Virus record (IMG/VR): IMGVR_UViG_3300042882_000327
Coordinates: 1 to 64,000 of that record
Length of the DNA stretch: 64,000 nucleotides
Source of the DNA: a virus
Strand: one strand, 5' to 3'
How positions within the stretch are numbered: position 1 is the first letter of the stretch; each line of letters opens with the position of its first letter. The translations under genes and the position numbers were made by a program. A model generated the notes under the pieces. The model saw nothing but the letters and a program-made list of their open reading frames with translations, had not been told where the DNA came from and made no database searches. Positions 10,271 through 19,402 of the stretch are shown one piece after another.

Positions 10271-11259
10271 TTAATAAATTCCATTTTGGCACGAAGACCT
10301 TCAAACGTATTATTATCTATAATACGATGAATCTCTGGTTTAGTCAAGCCATTTATCACAGCTTCATTGATATCTTTGTATCCGAAAGAATCCGGGAATA
10401 AACAAACCTTAAATCCTCTATCAATTGCTTTTTGAATTTGCTTTACGATATTTGAATTTCTAGGTTCGTTGTCATAGACCAATACTAATTTATCTTTTCC
10501 CAAGAATTCGGCAATCATTAAATTAGAATCCGCAGTTGCAACAGAATTTTTTAAAAACAATGAATCAATCGGCCCTTCTACTACATATATAGTTTCTTTT
10601 TTATCAACCTTATCAAGACCAAATAGCTTTAATTCATCATCCAGTTTTACAGTTATATATCTGAGAGAATTTTTACCCAAAGCCCTTCCTTGAAAAGCAA
10701 ATAAATCACCATTTTCTGTTCTAAACGGGATAATCAATCTATCGTCATTATCTAAAAGGTTCTTATTATAGTCAGGTTTTACTTCCGACACAAACTTTTT
10801 AAAATCCTGTGCAAAATAAAGGTCTTTATGACTTCCTTTGGGAAGTCTCCTTTCTATTGCATATTTTTTTGCGTAGTGACTATCTTGTAAAGAAGCAATA
10901 GATGGTATATTTAGCTCCGTTTTCTTTTTAAAGACTGGCTTTTTGAAGTTGAATGTGGGTTTTTTATAGTTTGCGTATTTACTCTTACCTTCTGCAAACC
11001 GTTCAAGTTGGTATTCCCTCGCAACCATAGGATCAAGAAACTCCAAGAACTTATAAAAAGTTGTCGAAACTTCACAATTAAAGCAACGATAGAACATGTC
11101 ATTGCCTTTCTTGTAAATAAATCCTCTTTTCTTAGTTTTTTTCTTCTGAGAGTCGCCACAGAAAGGACATCTACAGTTATAAAGGTCCGAATTCTTCTGA
11201 GTAAATCCTTCAAGACGAACAGAAACTAATTTCAAATATTTTAGATCAAGATAGAACAT
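10255..11259 (-). CDS. 61: DNA primase gp61
   Basis: Zn finger CPFCGDS...C.NC; TOPRIM VEGPIDS, DNEPRN, KDIN. Confidence 0.95.
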   Translation of the reverse strand: MFYLDLKYLKLVSVRLEGFTQKNSDLYNCRCPFCGDSQKKKTKKRGFIYKKGNDMFYRCFNCEVSTTFYKFLEFLDPMVAREYQLERFAEGKSKYANYKKPTFNFKKPVFKKKTELNIPSIASLQDSHYAKKYAIERRLPKGSHKDLYFAQDFKKFVSEVKPDYNKNLLDNDDRLIIPFRTENGDLFAFQGRALGKNSLRYITVKLDDELKLFGLDKVDKKETIYVVEGPIDSLFLKNSVATADSNLMIAEFLGKDKLVLVYDNEPRNSNIVKQIQKAIDRGFKVCLFPDSFGYKDINEAVINGLTKPEIHRIIDNNTFEGLRAKMEFINWKKC

Positions 11260-11290
11260 TGTTTATCCTAAAAGCAGATTACAAAAATAT

Positions 11291-11336
11291 ATTATACGCC
11301 AAAACGTAAAAAAGTCAAGCTAAAATAGCTTGACTT
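11291..11336 (-). promoter_or_regulatory. sigma70-type promoter for primase overlapping an inverted repeat
   Basis: TTGACT-N16-TATAAT on the minus strand; palindrome aagtcaagct-aaaat-agcttgactt at 11312-11336. Confidence 0.65.
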
Positions 11337-11368
11337 CTTAGAAAATAATATAAAAAATCTGTTTGATG

Positions 11369-11911
11369 TTATTTTTCTTCGTCTAATTCCCTAAAAGCTC
11401 TTGTACACACCAATCTATCAATACAATAAGAGAATCTTGTATCATAAGTCATGGTTAATGTTTTGGATAAACCAAAAACTTTATTAATTTGAATTGGTAT
11501 TTGACTATCTATTGTACAAGAACTGTTTATACTGCATAAAGTTAATTTGACTATTCCAAATAATCCATCTACTTTATCTATTGAAAGAACTTTAAAAGTT
11601 TCTTGTTTTTTGGGGTTTACAACTGTATTTTCTATTACTAAAAAACTTCCGTCAATATCAGAGTCATTAATATTTACTATTAAATCTCCTATCGAAGAAG
11701 TCCATCTTCCTTCTATATATTTAAGCAATTTTTCATTTGTTTCTGCTTGTAATATACTTAATTCTTCGTTTCGGTTCATATTATGAGGGAATATTTCTAT
11801 TGGCGATAATAATTCTTGCCAAATTAATCCACCTACACAACCCAAAATAATTCCCAACGAAAAAATTTTTAGTTTTTGTCTTAGAGACAGACAAGAAGGT
11901 TCTTTAGTCAT
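11369..11911 (-). CDS. membrane-anchored protein (N-terminal TM, Cys-containing soluble domain), lysis region
   Basis: Hydrophobic IFSLGIILGCVGGLIW; located downstream of the endolysin. Confidence 0.55.
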   Translation of the reverse strand: MTKEPSCLSLRQKLKIFSLGIILGCVGGLIWQELLSPIEIFPHNMNRNEELSILQAETNEKLLKYIEGRWTSSIGDLIVNINDSDIDGSFLVIENTVVNPKKQETFKVLSIDKVDGLFGIVKLTLCSINSSCTIDSQIPIQINKVFGLSKTLTMTYDTRFSYCIDRLVCTRAFRELDEEK

Positions 11912-12351
11912 TAGTGATTGCCTTTGTTAGTATATTCTTCTATAACCTTTTTGGCTATTTCTTGTGCGTTTTCTACTTTCATCCCATTTGTTTTTGTGGG
12001 ATTAATTACAGTAACATTCCAAATAACTCCAAGGAAAGCGGTTAGAACAAACGTTATCAATGCAAAAACTATTTTCCGTATTAAACGCATCTCTGGCATT
12101 TCTTGTCGCAAAGAATCAACCATCTCTTCTAAATCTTTAATTCTACTCTCAAAATCATCAATGTTTTTTTGACTTCTAATTTCGTCTTTTAATTTTTCTA
12201 GCTTATTTAAAACTTCACCATAAGAAGAATCTATTTTGTTTATGGTTTTTTGATTTTCTAATAGATCTCTTTCTATTATAAAAATTTTTGACCAGAAATC
12301 TTGATTATTGGGAGTTGACATCGTTTCCTTTATTTCTGTTTTATTATTCAA
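11911..12351 (-). CDS. coiled-coil protein with C-terminal TM, holin-like candidate
   Basis: Heptad-like N-terminal part, TM IVFALITFVLTAFLGVIW; adjacent to the endolysin; start may be 12321. Confidence 0.5.
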   Translation of the reverse strand: MNNKTEIKETMSTPNNQDFWSKIFIIERDLLENQKTINKIDSSYGEVLNKLEKLKDEIRSQKNIDDFESRIKDLEEMVDSLRQEMPEMRLIRKIVFALITFVLTAFLGVIWNVTVINPTKTNGMKVENAQEIAKKVIEEYTNKGNH

Positions 12352-12370
12352 TAAAGGGGATTATCCCCAA
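12352..12370 (-). terminator. possible intrinsic terminator after the endolysin
   Basis: GGGGA-TAA-TCCCC followed by TTTATT on the minus strand. Confidence 0.4.
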
Positions 12371-12392
12371 GACAATTATATAATTATTTATG

Positions 12393-13196
12393 CTATTTTA
12401 AAATTACAAGATATTTATTAAACCTAACTTTGCGGTCAGCTAATCCGTTTGTTCCGCCATTTATTGATTTCGTCATTCCTGTTATATCTTTTTTATCGCA
12501 ATATTTATTTATGTTTCTTGAACTCCAATACCAACAAGCTGTCATAATACAAATTTTTTTATCTTTTAGTATCAAATCTGGGTCTTCGATCAAAGCCAAA
12601 TTATTGAATAGAAATTTAGAGCAAGTAGTATAATTAGACTTACCAGTTAATTGAATTGGACCTCTTCCTCTAAATTTATATCCGTCACCGGAGGCAATAT
12701 TCCCATTACCCATTCTATTTCCATAAACATAGTTTGATATTTTAGACGGCTTCTTTGCATAAGAAGAAGCGGAGGCAACGGATTTGAAATACTTTGGAAA
12801 AGTTTTTCTAAGACCCGCAGCAGAATAGTATAGGTTTTCTTCTAGTAAAGTGTAGTCTAAACTTTCGTGGCATGTTTGTGCTAAAAATCCAGCAACTCTT
12901 TCCGGAGTATTTATACCGTATTTTGGTAACACTTCATACATAGCATCAAACCATTGCCTCTCTTGAGGATTTACTAGAATTTTACTAAATTTCTCAAAAG
13001 TAAAGTTAAATGTATATAGGTTTTCGCTTAAATTTTTAACGTCTTTTTCAGTAACTACAATCTTATCGACAGGTTTAACGTCTAATGGTTTGTTTATCAA
13101 AAGAAGATTTTTTTCTTCCAATGCATTTTGTATAATTACTTCGGTATTTGAAGTAGGGTTTCTAAATAACGATAAAAATTTAGTAAGTATGCTCAT
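12393..13196 (-). CDS. glycoside hydrolase family 19 endolysin
   Basis: Motifs FLAQ..HES, ENL.YS, YG.RMGN, FRGRG.IQLTG..NY, INGG.NGL.DR; start at MSILTK with a GAGGA SD. Confidence 0.9.
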   Translation of the reverse strand: MSILTKFLSLFRNPTSNTEVIIQNALEEKNLLLINKPLDVKPVDKIVVTEKDVKNLSENLYTFNFTFEKFSKILVNPQERQWFDAMYEVLPKYGINTPERVAGFLAQTCHESLDYTLLEENLYYSAAGLRKTFPKYFKSVASASSYAKKPSKISNYVYGNRMGNGNIASGDGYKFRGRGPIQLTGKSNYTTCSKFLFNNLALIEDPDLILKDKKICIMTACWYWSSRNINKYCDKKDITGMTKSINGGTNGLADRKVRFNKYLVILK

Positions 13197-13204
13197 AAAA
13201 TCCT

Positions 13205-14632
13205 CTAGTATATTTCTCTCCATTGCAAATCTACCCAAACTTTAACAGTTCCTCCAATTGCTTGACAACAAACTACATATATTTCTGAATCGGTAGAATC
13301 TTGGTTTTGGGCTATGAAATTTTTCTTCGCGTTGCTTGGTTGATTCACTGGAGCAGTTCCGAACCCTTTTGAACTTCCTCCCGGAGAAGCAGACCCAACT
13401 ATACCACCATCTAATACATCACCGCCTGAAATGGCAGTTCCAGTTAAATTATACTCCACAGCAGAATCCATTGCAGCAGAAACCCAAGTTGAATTTGCTA
13501 AAGTTATATTCGACGTGTTTGCTAGTTTAATAATTTTCCAATACGCTGGAAAATCTTCTGCATAAACGTTTACATTTCCGCTTCTGGCAATAACTCTATT
13601 TAGATATCCTCGGAAGGTATTTTTTAATCTGATGGCAAGTATTGGGTACAATCCATTTGCAACAGTCACAGATTGCGAGGTCGTTCCTGAATTTACTGCA
13701 AAATCAATACCTGATTCAACATAACCACCTTCTGAGGCTACAGAAGAACAAATCTGATCAAAATATCCTCCAGATGTTGGCCCAGTATTTCTAAGTTCAC
13801 ACCTAATTGGTAAATTAGGATTACTCATATAAACAGTCGGCAAATAATTATCATTATAAAATTCATGAGCTATCACAATATTTCCGTTATGAACAAAGCC
13901 GCATCTAACTCTACCAACGCCCAACCATTGAAAGTCTATAAAAAAGATTTGAGTTTTTGTTATATCCAAATTCCAACTTCCACCTTTTCCATAATTATTA
14001 CCTTCTGTGGAAGTTCCAATTATTGACGTATTACAAGTATCCATATTCCATTGGGATTGCACGACTCTACGAGAATCTGAAGGGGAACCGCTAGTATCAG
14101 TTCTGATAACAAAACTTAATACTCCGTTTCCATCTTGTTCAAAATATATCCCATTTAAATCGTCAAAATATCCAGTTCGTTTCACAACATTGGTAACATT
14201 TGAATAAAAATTAACCGTCGTCTTTATAAATTGACTTTTTCCTGGCATATAATTATGATACATTTTTGTTTGATGTATAGCATAACTTGATGCATTATTT
14301 GATGTAGACAGCCTTGCCGCAGATTGGTTTGTAATATGCGTTATTAATCCGCCGTTAGACATCGTATCTCTGAAGTTTGGATCTATACCATAGGTATGTT
14401 TATAATCGCCTAGTGTAAATTCTTCGGAAACTCTTAATCTACCAAAAGCGTCGGATTGAGAGTTAGAAAAAAAACTTGTATTATACGAACCAGTTACAAA
14501 AATAGGGTTTTCAGTTGAATTTACTAGAGTGTTTTTTGATATTGGAATGGAATTTCCTGAATCGTTTTTAATTTCTACTTCATTAATAACATTAATATTA
14601 GAATCAAAAAGATATGTCATATTATTCTCCAT
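13205..14632 (-). CDS. putative virion structural protein
   Basis: DAFGRLRVS motif; beta-rich, G/S/T/N-rich; late region. Confidence 0.65.
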   Translation of the reverse strand: MENNMTYLFDSNINVINEVEIKNDSGNSIPISKNTLVNSTENPIFVTGSYNTSFFSNSQSDAFGRLRVSEEFTLGDYKHTYGIDPNFRDTMSNGGLITHITNQSAARLSTSNNASSYAIHQTKMYHNYMPGKSQFIKTTVNFYSNVTNVVKRTGYFDDLNGIYFEQDGNGVLSFVIRTDTSGSPSDSRRVVQSQWNMDTCNTSIIGTSTEGNNYGKGGSWNLDITKTQIFFIDFQWLGVGRVRCGFVHNGNIVIAHEFYNDNYLPTVYMSNPNLPIRCELRNTGPTSGGYFDQICSSVASEGGYVESGIDFAVNSGTTSQSVTVANGLYPILAIRLKNTFRGYLNRVIARSGNVNVYAEDFPAYWKIIKLANTSNITLANSTWVSAAMDSAVEYNLTGTAISGGDVLDGGIVGSASPGGSSKGFGTAPVNQPSNAKKNFIAQNQDSTDSEIYVVCCQAIGGTVKVWVDLQWREIY

Positions 14633-15546
14633 CCATTTCTATAAACCATTTGAACAGCACCATTATCAATTTTTAAAATAAAACCGCCGATATCGTTATC
14701 CACATTTCCGACAACAGAAATTGGATTTATGGAACAGTTACCGGATTCATCTTTTATCACTATTATTTTTCCGTCTTGAGCAGTTGTTTGTAAAAATATT
14801 GTAGTAGATTCGGGAGAATTTACTCCAACATAATAATCAGTTGAAACTAAAGAATATGTGTTACTTGTAACAACGGTTGTATTATTGACTATCGTATTAC
14901 TGGTAATATAATCGAAATAAAATTTTCTATTATCTTGATTATATGTTAGATATTTATTTTCCCCAATAGAACCCGAATTAACATCGTCAAGATACCTGAA
15001 ATTAACTTCGCCTCCTCCGGGACCAGCCATTGAAATTTTCGAAACCCAATCCTCAAGCATTTTTAATTTATTTTGTAATGCTCGTATATTAGGATCTGGT
15101 TTATTTACATTAGGTTCCGAAAACAGGTTAGTAATTTCTTTTATAGATTTAACGGACTCTTCTTTCGAAATAGAATCGATTGATAGAGCTATCAAATCCG
15201 TTGTGATAGAATCTTCTATATGTTCTTCCGAATGAAAGATTTCTGTTTGATCGATAGATACATGTATATCCTTTTCTTCGACGAGAGAAGTTATAATCTC
15301 GTCTTTTGAGGATTCTTGCTTTGTTTCTTCTAATAACTTGAAAAAATCTGCTGGAGAATTAGTTTGCAGTTTTTGTTCTTTGCGATGTTCGGATATAGTT
15401 TTTTTGAATTTCAGGACAGGGTTATGTTCTATTTCCGATTCAATTTGTTCGGATAATTTTTCGAATAACTTCGATGGGGATGGGCCAAAATCCATCCCCT
15501 TTGTTTTTTGTTTTAGATTATTCTTAAAATCTTCTTTAAAGTCCAT
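14617..15546 (-). CDS. putative virion structural/fibre protein
   Basis: GGGEVNFRYLDDV motif and C-terminal DYYVGVN...IVIKDESG...GW domain; start reassigned to MDFKEDF. Confidence 0.6.
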   Translation of the reverse strand: MDFKEDFKNNLKQKTKGMDFGPSPSKLFEKLSEQIESEIEHNPVLKFKKTISEHRKEQKLQTNSPADFFKLLEETKQESSKDEIITSLVEEKDIHVSIDQTEIFHSEEHIEDSITTDLIALSIDSISKEESVKSIKEITNLFSEPNVNKPDPNIRALQNKLKMLEDWVSKISMAGPGGGEVNFRYLDDVNSGSIGENKYLTYNQDNRKFYFDYITSNTIVNNTTVVTSNTYSLVSTDYYVGVNSPESTTIFLQTTAQDGKIIVIKDESGNCSINPISVVGNVDNDIGGFILKIDNGAVQMVYRNGWRII

Positions 15547-15550
15547 TATA

Positions 15551-15691
15551 TTACCATTTTCCCACAGGACATTTGGCATCCTTCAATTTAACTTTTGCGG
15601 GCATGAAACACCCACATTTTCCACAAGTTCTTAATAAAGCATTAAAAAATTCACATCCTTTGCATGTTACATAGCGAGTATCACTATCCAT
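15551..15691 (-). CDS. 46-aa Cys-rich metal-binding protein, not in ORF track
   Basis: Hand-translated MDSDTRYVTCKGCEFF...CGKCGCFMPAKVKLKDAKCPVGKW. Confidence 0.75.
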   Translation of the reverse strand: MDSDTRYVTCKGCEFFNALLRTCGKCGCFMPAKVKLKDAKCPVGKW

Positions 15692-15696
15692 ACCTA

Positions 15697-16116
15697 TTAC
15701 TTTAATTCTCTTAACTTATAAGCTGTAGAATTACACAAAGAAAGAATAGTATCAATATCGTTTTGAATTTCAGAAAGATCGGAAATCAATGCTCTGTTAG
15801 CATCAATCCATTTAGTTAGATTTCCTATAATTTGCAAACCGTCAGTAGAAGATTCTTTGACATTTGGAAATGCTTCAAATCTACCATATCTACCAATCAT
15901 AGATTCTGCAACAGCATCTGCTAGTGGAATGATACCATCGTAAAACGCATTTAGTGCCATATGAGCAGCATAGCTTGAAGTCATTAAATGTGCATAATGG
16001 GCAGCGGTAGAGGCGGCTCTACAACGAGCAAACAATTCTGCTCCTTTGGCTTTAGGAGAACCCGGATCTTGTACATCTTCAGCGATTTCTTCTTGAATTT
16101 CTCTAAACGTAATCAT
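15697..16116 (-). CDS. ferritin/Dps-like four-helix protein (DUF5856-like)
   Basis: Motifs AHYAHL.T.SYA.H.AL..FYD, D...E..IG.YG, N..D.I......T.YKL. Confidence 0.7.
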   Translation of the reverse strand: MITFREIQEEIAEDVQDPGSPKAKGAELFARCRAASTAAHYAHLMTSSYAAHMALNAFYDGIIPLADAVAESMIGRYGRFEAFPNVKESSTDGLQIIGNLTKWIDANRALISDLSEIQNDIDTILSLCNSTAYKLRELK

Positions 16117-16128
16117 CTAAAATTCCTC

Positions 16129-16335
16129 TTATATTTGTGGTTTTGATCTTCTGATATTTGGAAAGTCAGGAACTCTTTTCTTTTTAGTCATTCTTACAGG
16201 GGGAGATTCTCCCGGAACAGCCCCAGAAATATTTCCAGTCCCAACATTACTAGCAGGAATAGCTCCAGCAACTCCTTCTTCTTTGATATGTTTGATTTCT
16301 CTTAATATCTTTCTTAACTTTTTTAATTTGCTCAT
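16129..16335 (-). CDS. small virion-associated hypothetical protein
   Basis: IKEE followed by a N.VG.G.I.G....PP motif typical of T4-like head-associated proteins. Confidence 0.55.
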   Translation of the reverse strand: MSKLKKLRKILREIKHIKEEGVAGAIPASNVGTGNISGAVPGESPPVRMTKKKRVPDFPNIRRSKPQI

Positions 16336-16718
16336 ATTTGTCTCAATACGTTAGCTATGTTAAAATCTATCGGAATATCAGAAGAAATGATATGTTTTCC
16401 ATTAACATTTCTTATAATATCGGGCATATAATTCAAGTATACTAAAAACGTTTTAAGACAAGAATAATCTTTCGGTCTAATTTTTAGAAACAACATTTTA
16501 GTACAGGGTTCAGTTTCGAACACATTATATACTAATATAATATGATTGAGAATTAATCTTTCTCTCAATTCTCCAGAAGTACTATATTTCTGAATAAGTC
16601 GTTTTATATATTTAATACGTTTTAGATCAGAAAAAAACTCTTGTTCAATATAATGCGGCGAAATGTAATTTTTCGCCGCATACAAAACAAAATTATCACA
16701 CGTTAAATTTTCAATCAT
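16332..16718 (-). CDS. conserved T4-like hypothetical protein
   Basis: Motifs YA.K.Y, EF..DL.RIKYIKRL, ERLILNHII. Confidence 0.75.
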   Translation of the reverse strand: MIENLTCDNFVLYAAKNYISPHYIEQEFFSDLKRIKYIKRLIQKYSTSGELRERLILNHIILVYNVFETEPCTKMLFLKIRPKDYSCLKTFLVYLNYMPDIIRNVNGKHIISSDIPIDFNIANVLRQI

Positions 16719-16724
16719 TATAAA

Positions 16725-17135
16725 TTAAATAGCTTTTACCTCGGCTGAGACATCGTATTTCCCGCCATTCAATTTATATTTCAAAATTAATTTATATTCA
16801 GAATCTTCTTCATCCGGACTATCGACGGAACCATCGAATTTTTCTCCCGAAACATTTCTAAAATGAAACAACGTAGAAAAAGTTCCTTCTTTATCTGACC
16901 AATCCATATCTTCGTCTTCGATTTTAGGTAACTCAATACCATACATAGAAAGAATCTTTCTGGCTTTCATTACAGCATTACCTACCGATGGAAATCCAAC
17001 CGATAAAGCAATAGAAAGATTTTTATTGAGTTCTCGAAGAGTTTCTGGTCTATTTAAACTAGTGCGTCTTCTTTCGATAGAAACAACTGGGACATTATAT
17101 CCAACCGATTCTAAAAATTTTTTGAATGTTTTCAT
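16725..17135 (-). CDS. putative internal head protein
   Basis: N-terminus MKTFKKFLE resembles the T4 capsid-targeting sequence MKTYQEFIAE. Confidence 0.6.
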   Translation of the reverse strand: MKTFKKFLESVGYNVPVVSIERRRTSLNRPETLRELNKNLSIALSVGFPSVGNAVMKARKILSMYGIELPKIEDEDMDWSDKEGTFSTLFHFRNVSGEKFDGSVDSPDEEDSEYKLILKYKLNGGKYDVSAEVKAI

Positions 17136-17141
17136 AGTTTA

Positions 17142-17657
17142 TTAGGTGAAATATGGTAGTCCAGAATTCGCAGAATCTGTAATAGTAGGATTGGAAAGAG
17201 CTACCAAGGTTTCTGCTTGGACTCGACCCATTCTTCCACCAGGAACTACTGTGAAGATTAATCCAGTATTGTTAGCACCAGAAGCGGTAACAGTTGGAGC
17301 AGTATTATATCCGGAACCAGGAGAATTCAGAACAATAGTAACATTATTTCCATTATAAACTACGATTTGAGCATTAGCAGGAGTAGTATTAGCTCCAGTA
17401 AATGATAGATATGTGTTAGAATATTTTAAGGTTGATACAACATTTGCTACTGTTAGACCAGCAACAAACCCCTTTCCTTGTATTACTTTAACCCATCCTT
17501 GATGTGCAACAGCTTTCCCATTACCAAAAGTAGCATTTGCAATTCTTCTAGAATCTACTAAAAAAACATTACTGTTGGAAATATAAGCGCCAGAAGCACC
17601 TGTGTTTAAATATTTTGGTACGTTATTAGCGTAATCTTTATTACCCCATTGTGACAT
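17142..17657 (-). CDS. putative virion structural protein
   Basis: MSQWG.KD start, AH.GWV and GSGY...PTVT motifs; late promoter upstream. Confidence 0.65.
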   Translation of the reverse strand: MSQWGNKDYANNVPKYLNTGASGAYISNSNVFLVDSRRIANATFGNGKAVAHQGWVKVIQGKGFVAGLTVANVVSTLKYSNTYLSFTGANTTPANAQIVVYNGNNVTIVLNSPGSGYNTAPTVTASGANNTGLIFTVVPGGRMGRVQAETLVALSNPTITDSANSGLPYFT

Positions 17658-17696
17658 ATTCGTTTCCTTTTTAAAAAGTTGAAAAATTTATACTTA

Positions 17697-17704
17697 TATT
17701 TATA
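17697..17704 (-). promoter_or_regulatory. T4 late promoter
   Basis: Exact intergenic TATAAATA. Confidence 0.8.
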
Positions 17705-17726
17705 ATAATTAAAAGTTTGGTAATTA

Positions 17727-18491
17727 TCAAGATTTAGGATTGATTTCTATCACATCTTGACCTTTTTTCCCCGATAAAGTTTTTGAAACCTCGTATTCAC
17801 AGTGATTGTTGCTACTAGTATCATTTACTTTAACTTTGAGTTCTCTGTTTTTAGAGACTAATTTATCAACCTTCGAAGGAAAGCTATAGTCTCTATCAGG
17901 AGTTTCTTGTTCTAAAATATTATTCATATTCTGTGTCTCTTTATATTCAGCAATTTTAAATTTCCTGGCGGTTTTACCAAGTAATTCTCTGCGGGTTCTT
18001 GGCAATCGTGTAGTTAAGGTGCTACCAACTCTTGTAGGAGATTTTATAGATTTCCTAAAACGAATTTCGCCTTTTTTTGGTGGTCTATACGCATGTTTTC
18101 CCACAACCACTTTGGCTCTACCAAATTTGTTATATTTTCTGGCGGTTCTTATATACTGATCCACAGAATATCCCTTTCCGATTAAACTAACAATAGCCTG
18201 TTTCTTTGATAATTTACTAGAATCTAAGTGTTTATACTTCTTATGAGGTTCTATATCAATTGATTTATAACTGGATTCTATTTGGAGTTGCCCATTCCTA
18301 GCCATAATTTTTTGAACATGTTTAATTCTTTTCCATTGCTTATATCTTTTCTGTCTAGAAATTTTATTTAATTTCTTTCTATCCATATGAGTATAATCCA
18401 TTCCAGTAGAATTAATGAATTTATGAAGAGCACTAATTCTTCTCCCTTCGTGTAGATATATATCTAATAATTTATCCGAAAAATCCATCAT
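17727..18491 (-). CDS. basic hypothetical protein
   Basis: 254-aa K/R-rich ORF in the late region. Confidence 0.6.
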   Translation of the reverse strand: MMDFSDKLLDIYLHEGRRISALHKFINSTGMDYTHMDRKKLNKISRQKRYKQWKRIKHVQKIMARNGQLQIESSYKSIDIEPHKKYKHLDSSKLSKKQAIVSLIGKGYSVDQYIRTARKYNKFGRAKVVVGKHAYRPPKKGEIRFRKSIKSPTRVGSTLTTRLPRTRRELLGKTARKFKIAEYKETQNMNNILEQETPDRDYSFPSKVDKLVSKNRELKVKVNDTSSNNHCEYEVSKTLSGKKGQDVIEINPKS

Positions 18492-19327
18492 TTTTCTCTC
18501 TTAAATACTATACGTTTTACTTTAGAAAACGTGGGCGTTCTAATTTCTTTTTCTACTTCCTTATCCTTCTCGAAATTAGTTCTTTTTTTATTCTTATTGA
18601 ACGGTTCTGTAGCAGAATGAGAAGTATCTATAAATTCTTGTTTAGAAATATTTCCGTATGTCGATCCAAATCCTATACCAGAATCCATAACAGGACCGGG
18701 GTCCATCGCTTCATAATTTTGCATTAATGCCCCATTTCCAGCATCTCTAGTATCAAATGTTTGATTAAAACCATCTTTTGATGGTGATGTAGGATTCCAA
18801 GGAACTTCTTTAATATTATCATTCTTCATTCGTTTTTTACCCACTATCTTTATCAAATGTTTTTTGAATTTGACTTCGGGTAATTCTTCGGAAATTTTTA
18901 GTTTTTCTTGTAAAGATTCTATTTGGACTCTTGTTAATGAGGACTTCAAGTTATAACTATTATTGAAATAATAGACTTCCGAAAACATTTCTCGGAAAAT
19001 TTCTAAATTAGTTTTGGATTCGGCTAAACGGTCTTTCCTAACATCTTCGTTTATATTTCTTGACGCCATTCTATGATAACTAGCGGAATCGGAAACATCG
19101 ACATAAATCATAGATGTTTTATAGTATAAAGATTCTAGTAAATCTTTGGCGAGTTTAATCTTATCACAATTATATGAGTTCGCAGTTATTACTATTCTGT
19201 TCTCTGATATAATCGACTTTAACTGTTCTATATTATATTCAGAATATTGTTCGAATTGTGGCAAATTCTTTAGGATAATATCCTTGCCAGAACCGGGACC
19301 ACCAACTAAAAATATTGCTTGTTTCAT
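18488..19327 (-). CDS. P-loop NTPase (kinase/zeta-like fold) with low-complexity tail
   Basis: Walker A GGPGSGKD, MIYVDV, lid R...R. Confidence 0.7.
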   Translation of the reverse strand: MKQAIFLVGGPGSGKDIILKNLPQFEQYSEYNIEQLKSIISENRIVITANSYNCDKIKLAKDLLESLYYKTSMIYVDVSDSASYHRMASRNINEDVRKDRLAESKTNLEIFREMFSEVYYFNNSYNLKSSLTRVQIESLQEKLKISEELPEVKFKKHLIKIVGKKRMKNDNIKEVPWNPTSPSKDGFNQTFDTRDAGNGALMQNYEAMDPGPVMDSGIGFGSTYGNISKQEFIDTSHSATEPFNKNKKRTNFEKDKEVEKEIRTPTFSKVKRIVFKREK

Positions 19328-19341
19328 GCTTTTTCTTATGT

Positions 19342-19385
19342 AAAAAAAAATACTCTATAAAACGGAATTCTATAGAGTATTTATA
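19342..19385 (-). terminator. intrinsic terminator of the sugar cluster overlapped by a late promoter
   Basis: Stem ATACTCTATA/TATAGAGTAT plus a long U tract; TATAAATA at 19378-19385. Confidence 0.75.
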
Positions 19386-19402
19386 ATAAATTGATTTTGT
19401 TA

